From Octopus bimaculoides (lineage: Eukaryota), in NCBI RefSeq assembly GCF_001194135.2, contig NC_068997.1, forward strand, positions 30,659,189-30,723,188: a DNA stretch of 64,000 nucleotides. Reading direction: 5' to 3'. Positions 59,190 through 64,000 of the stretch are shown here, piece after piece (the first letter of the stretch is position 1; every line of letters starts with the position of its first letter). Made by a program: the position numbers and the translations under genes. A model generated the notes under the pieces. That model made no database searches. It was not told the DNA's origin and saw nothing but the letters and a program-made list of their open reading frames with translations.

Positions 59190-60235
59190 TCTAGCCAGTA
59201 CCGCTTTGTTTCTGTTTTGTCAATAATAAATGTAAATAGAATATGCGGTATATCGATGTAAAGTTACATCGAAGAGAATTGAATACTTTTACATCAGTGC
59301 AACTTCACTGTGCTTCTTCTAGTTAATGCATTGCCACTGCTAATGCCTTTGCTCTCAGTATTGTTGTCAATGTTAGTGGATGAGACGCTGCACTTGTCAC
59401 TGTTGGTGCCGGTGTTTCTACCGTTTAATGGGTTACTGCTGCTGCTGCCGCCTCCACCATTGCCATTGTTGTCGACGATGTTGTTAGATGAGCTGCTGTT
59501 ACTCTGATTGTTAGGGCTAGATACCACCACATCCTCATAAACAGGTCTCTCAGCCTCAAATATTCCCCACCGCCACTGAGCAATCATTGTGTTGCCTGCA
59601 AGAGCAACCGGCCTTTGCTCGCGTTTCATGGGTGCTTGCAACTATTCTTTTCATTTTGAGTTCATAACTAAAGGGGATCTCTCTTAAACTCAAGACACAA
59701 TATGCTACCTGCTGCTGGTGTGAGATTCCTCGTTCGTTGATTGGGCGTGTAAAAGTACCTGCTGACTGGAGCCAGTGTGAAGTTAGAGACCTACTGTTCA
59801 ATCTTTAGATCAATAAGTTTTGCCAACTGGACCGGTCTAAGGGAGATAACTCGTACCGTTTATGGCTCAGTATATATTAAACATTTGTACACAAATTAAC
59901 TGACGAACGGTTTAAATCATTTTTACAGCCTAATCGACGAACGGCTAATCCCATAGACGTCTTCATGATGCCAGAAAAATGGTGCAGTTTAATAATGGTT
60001 CGACTTGGGTCAAACAATCTAATTCCAGGTGTTCCTTCAGTGTGGCGATGGAGCCTACGACAGTACCGACATTTGTGACCGCATTGGGTTATATATCCTG
60101 GACACCTAAGGGAAAAAATTTCTTTCAGTCCTATTTGGCCTCTACAGATATGACGTCCCGACCATCTCTAGCAGAGCCAACGGGCACATCCTTGATAGAT
60201 TTCGAAAGGACATGACTAGCGTCCTAGGCTCCATG
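59190..60235. mobile_element. Second Naiad-type element with the same inverted architecture as 40101-41200
   Basis: Collinear with 40130-41190, including the inversion junction. Confidence 0.8.
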
Positions 60236-60299
60236 GAAGGGATTGCTTTTACACACACACATATATACATACATACTTATATATATATATATAGACTTT

Positions 60300-62990
60300 A
60301 TTAAAAAGTAACATCACAAAAACTGTTACTCAAAGTTTCACGGTCCCATTCGTCGGATACATATTTGAAAAAATGAGTAAAGATGGCTTTTGGGAAAGCA
60401 ATTTTTATTTTAATGATAGTGTTTACAGTTACTCTAACGAGTTTCGAGCTTTTCGATAGCCGTTTTCAAACTGAAATTCTGTGGTTTAGAAGGTTGCTTA
60501 CATAGCAAAAGACTTTTTCTCACAAGTATACAAATAAAACATATAAATAGAAAATAGAAAATAAAAGATAGAAAAAAATATATATAAAATTTAATATAAA
60601 AAAATTAAAAGAATACAAAAAGTAAATACAACAGCATGTGTGAGAGAAGAAGAAAGAAAAGAAGGAGAAAAAGAGAAGGAAAATGGAAAGAAAAAGAAGG
60701 AAAAGGGGAATATGAAGAAGAGCAAGAGGAAGAAAGGAGGAAGGTAAAGAGTTAGAGGAAGAAGACAAAAAGTAGTTGAAAATGGTAGAGAGAAGATATA
60801 TACATACATATATACATGCATGCTTATAAACATATTTTCAAAGAAGCTGACAAAAATGGAATAATAGTTATCATGGACAAGAACCATTACAAAGATATGG
60901 TTATTGGACAACTCAATGACCAGCACTTCTAAAAAAGCTAACCAAAAATGATGATGAAAATACCATGTGCAAGATACATAGACTGGTCTCAAAACATCGT
61001 GATAATCTAACTGAGAATGAGATTAATTATTAACCAGCTTCCAAGTCAAACCAATAACTTCTATGGATTACCTAAAATCTGAAAATCAAAAGAAATCCAA
61101 GACAACATAAAAGGAAACAATTCAACGTATGTCAAAACCCAGAAATCTGAAACATAATCCTTAAAGGTCCAGCACACAAAGCTTAAGCATCTTGACAGAT
61201 AAAGTTCTAAAACTTTTATGTAAAATGATACCAAGCTATGCCTGGGACAACATGGATTTTTAACTACATACCTAAAAGTGTCCACCAGGAAACAATTCTA
61301 GTTAGTGTCAATGTAACTAGTCTATACACCAATATGCCACTCGACATAGGAATTGAAGCTATAAATTTCTGGTTAACAAAATACCTAAACCATATCTTGG
61401 AAAGATTCTCAAAAGCTTTCAATTTCGAAGGATTAAAATTAATACTGGAAAATAATCACCTCTTCGATAAAAACTTCTACTTACAAATAAAAGGAACGGT
61501 GATGCACCAAAAGTAGCCCCTACATATGCAACACTCGTTATGGGCTTCTTAAAAGTCAAACTTTATTCCTAACTAACGGAAACATTTAACGAATAATTAT
61601 CCATTTATATAAAACACGATTGGAAACGATATTTAGATGAATGCTTTATATTCTGGACTAAATACCAAGAAACCTTAGGAATCTTTAACACTTCTAAACA
61701 ACTTTTAAACAACTTATACACTTCAATAACTCACGTTTAAACAAATTTAATAAATTTAAAAGTGTAACTCACTTTTAAAAATCTTACACACTTCAATAAA
61801 ATTCACCATGGAACAAAACATAAAGGAATGACCATTTTTAGACATACTTCTAATTAAAGAAAATAACACTATAAAAACAGATCTCTTCTACAAACCTTCA
61901 GGTACACACCAATATTTGAACTTTCATTCCTCTCATCCATCATATACCAAAAGAAACATACCCTTCAACATAGCAAAACGAATTTGCACGATAATAATAG
62001 ATGCAGAATTAAGGGACACAAGATTACAGGAATTTAAAATATTTCTAAAGGAACAAAAATATCCCATTAGTTTAATTGACAAAGCAATCAGCAAAGCATA
62101 AAACATCTCACCCACAACCCTCTGAGGAAAACAAACACACAAAAATAAAAATAATAATGAACCCATAAGCATTCCTTTTGTCATCACTCACAACCCATGA
62201 AATCACGACATTATCAATACTGCAAAACGATACCTCCCAATTCTTCCATGTTCCTCAAGAATGAAACAATTAATAACAGACTCAAAAATAATTTATGGCA
62301 GATGGCAACCAACATAAAAAACTCTTAACCCAAGCAAAATTTACAACCACAGAAGCAGCAAAGAGAGTTTAAAAATGTGATGACCCTTGTTGTGGAACAT
62401 GTGACTACATTCAAGAGGGAGTATAAATTACTTTTAAACACAATGACACTTTTAAAATAAATACAAGTATGAGTTGCAAATCCATACCAGCTGTGAGGGA
62501 TTAATAGAATGGCCTCAAATCAAAAGATCATCTTTTCACATGAACTCAACATTTTTGACCACATCTAAAATATTTCTTTATTCCTTATAGACTAATCTCC
62601 TCTCTTTACCATGTTCAACAACTTTTTGTCTTCTTTACTTTCTCTTATTCATGTCCCCCTTTTCCCTTCTTCTCCACCTTTTCTTGTTCTTCTTATTTTT
62701 TATTTTTTCTCCTTTTCTTTTTTCTTCTTTTCTCACACATGCTGCTGTATTTACTTTTTGTATTCTTTTATTATTTTTTATATTGAATTTTATATTCTTT
62801 TTCTATCTTTTATTTTGTATTTTCTTTTTATATTTTTTATTTGTAAACTTGTGAGAAAAAAATCTTTTGCTATGTAAGTAACCTTCCAAACCGCAGAATT
62901 TCAGTTTGGAAAAAATCGAAGCTCATTAGAATAATTGTAAACATCATTAAAATAGAAACTATCCCCTCAAATGCCAGTTCTATTCATTTT
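60300..62990 (+). mobile_element. Penelope (Neptune-like) retroelement flanked by inverted pLTRs
   Basis: KEADKNG, VNVTSLYTNMP, WKRYLDE, NFHSSHPSYTKRNIPF, KCDDPCCGTCD. 60410-60810 is the reverse complement of 62595-62990. Confidence 0.85.
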
Positions 62991-63059
62991 TTTAAAAAAT
63001 ACATTATACTATACCAAGAACTTTTTATTATTCTACTATGTATGTATGTATGTATGTAT

Positions 63060-63420
63060 AATTAGGGAAAATTAAATATCTCGTATTTGAATTGGATTTC
63101 CGATCCTTCCAGTAGGGGCATGTTCCACAGTGTGGACGCCCGCATCTTTTAACTCTTGGATCCGTTGCTGTTGAGTATAACGTCCGATTTGTCTGTATTC
63201 TTTATAGCGATTTAGGTAATGTTTTTCTTTAGATGGACTTGTGTGTTTGTACAATGTGCTTCATGTTTGGCCCCCTTGTGAGCATTAGTAGATTTCGAAT
63301 AGGGTTGTGTGTTGAAATATAGGTCAGTGTTTGTATTGTGGGTGTTTCTCTTAGTCTTTTGATATCTATTTTCTTCGTACATTTAATCACATCTTCTATT
63401 AGTGAGTGCAGACAGTGCTT
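63060..63420 (-). mobile_element. Penelope fragment (thumb and Cys linker)
   Basis: Minus frame VKRCGRPHCGTCP. Confidence 0.65.
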
Positions 63421-63683
63421 CTCGACTACTGTGACTTTAAGATCACAAAGTCGAAGCTTTCAAGTATTTGCATGAGAAAATACAGCGCAAATCCTTTTTG
63501 CTAAATGAAAGGGAATACTCATTCTAATGTATTTTGGTTGGCATGAATTAAACAGAAGTTATTGCTTCGATTTATAATAGATATCGGTTTCAATTTGATT
63601 GTTGCCTTTTTATATCAACATATCACGGAATGACGCTTACACTTGGCTGTACTCCGTTGCAATTTGAATATTTGGATTCATAC

Positions 63684-64000
63684 TGTGGTATGACGTCAGT
63701 GACTGGGGAGCTGACCGGAAGGGCGAGTTGACCGGAAGAGGAAGGGCAGAGGGAGCCTCGATCAGGATTCGTGCCTTTTTCGAACGGAGTCGTGTTCAGG
63801 AGAGGACGTGCTAAGTGACGGTCTAGGTTTGGGGGAAGCAGCTGCTATTCCTAGTGTTCTTCGGGTCGGGGCAAGCTTCGAGGATCGGATACCGCAAGAC
63901 AGACCCGCAGTCGACGAAAGGAAAACCGAGGTAAGGCGATTACATCTACTCGCACGCATACACCACAAGCTATTTCGGCCCCACGTGTATAAATTCGCCT
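63684..64000. mobile_element. Probable LTR, truncated by the window end
   Basis: Abrupt GC-rich segment starting TGTGG; TGACGTCA, two CCGGAAG, CACGTG and TATAAA near the end. Confidence 0.4.

Overview
AT-rich, microsatellite-rich eukaryotic DNA with N gaps. It is most likely a coleoid cephalopod (Octopus-like); this is inferred from the repeat families and cannot be verified here. Most of the window is decayed transposable elements: RTE, CR1-like and Tx1 LINEs, Penelope-like elements (Naiad-type and Neptune-type) with hammerhead-ribozyme motifs, a deleted Gypsy, Tc1/mariner, a Chapaev3-like transposon, Helitron-like pieces and tRNA-SINEs. No TE ORF is intact. With the TEs removed, the remaining host DNA is a locus present in three tandem copies (about 1-2400, 38880-40100, 48900-56700, plus paralogous pieces at 28100-29960 and 43850-44460). 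It carries minus-strand micro-exon candidates of 14-40 nt with canonical splice sites. In two of them (X1, X3) the exon interior is far more diverged than the flanking intron. I read this as a candidate fast-evolving micro-exon small-peptide gene family that I do not recognise. The full gene model cannot be fixed without RNA data. TE boundaries are approximate; exon coordinates were counted from the sequence.
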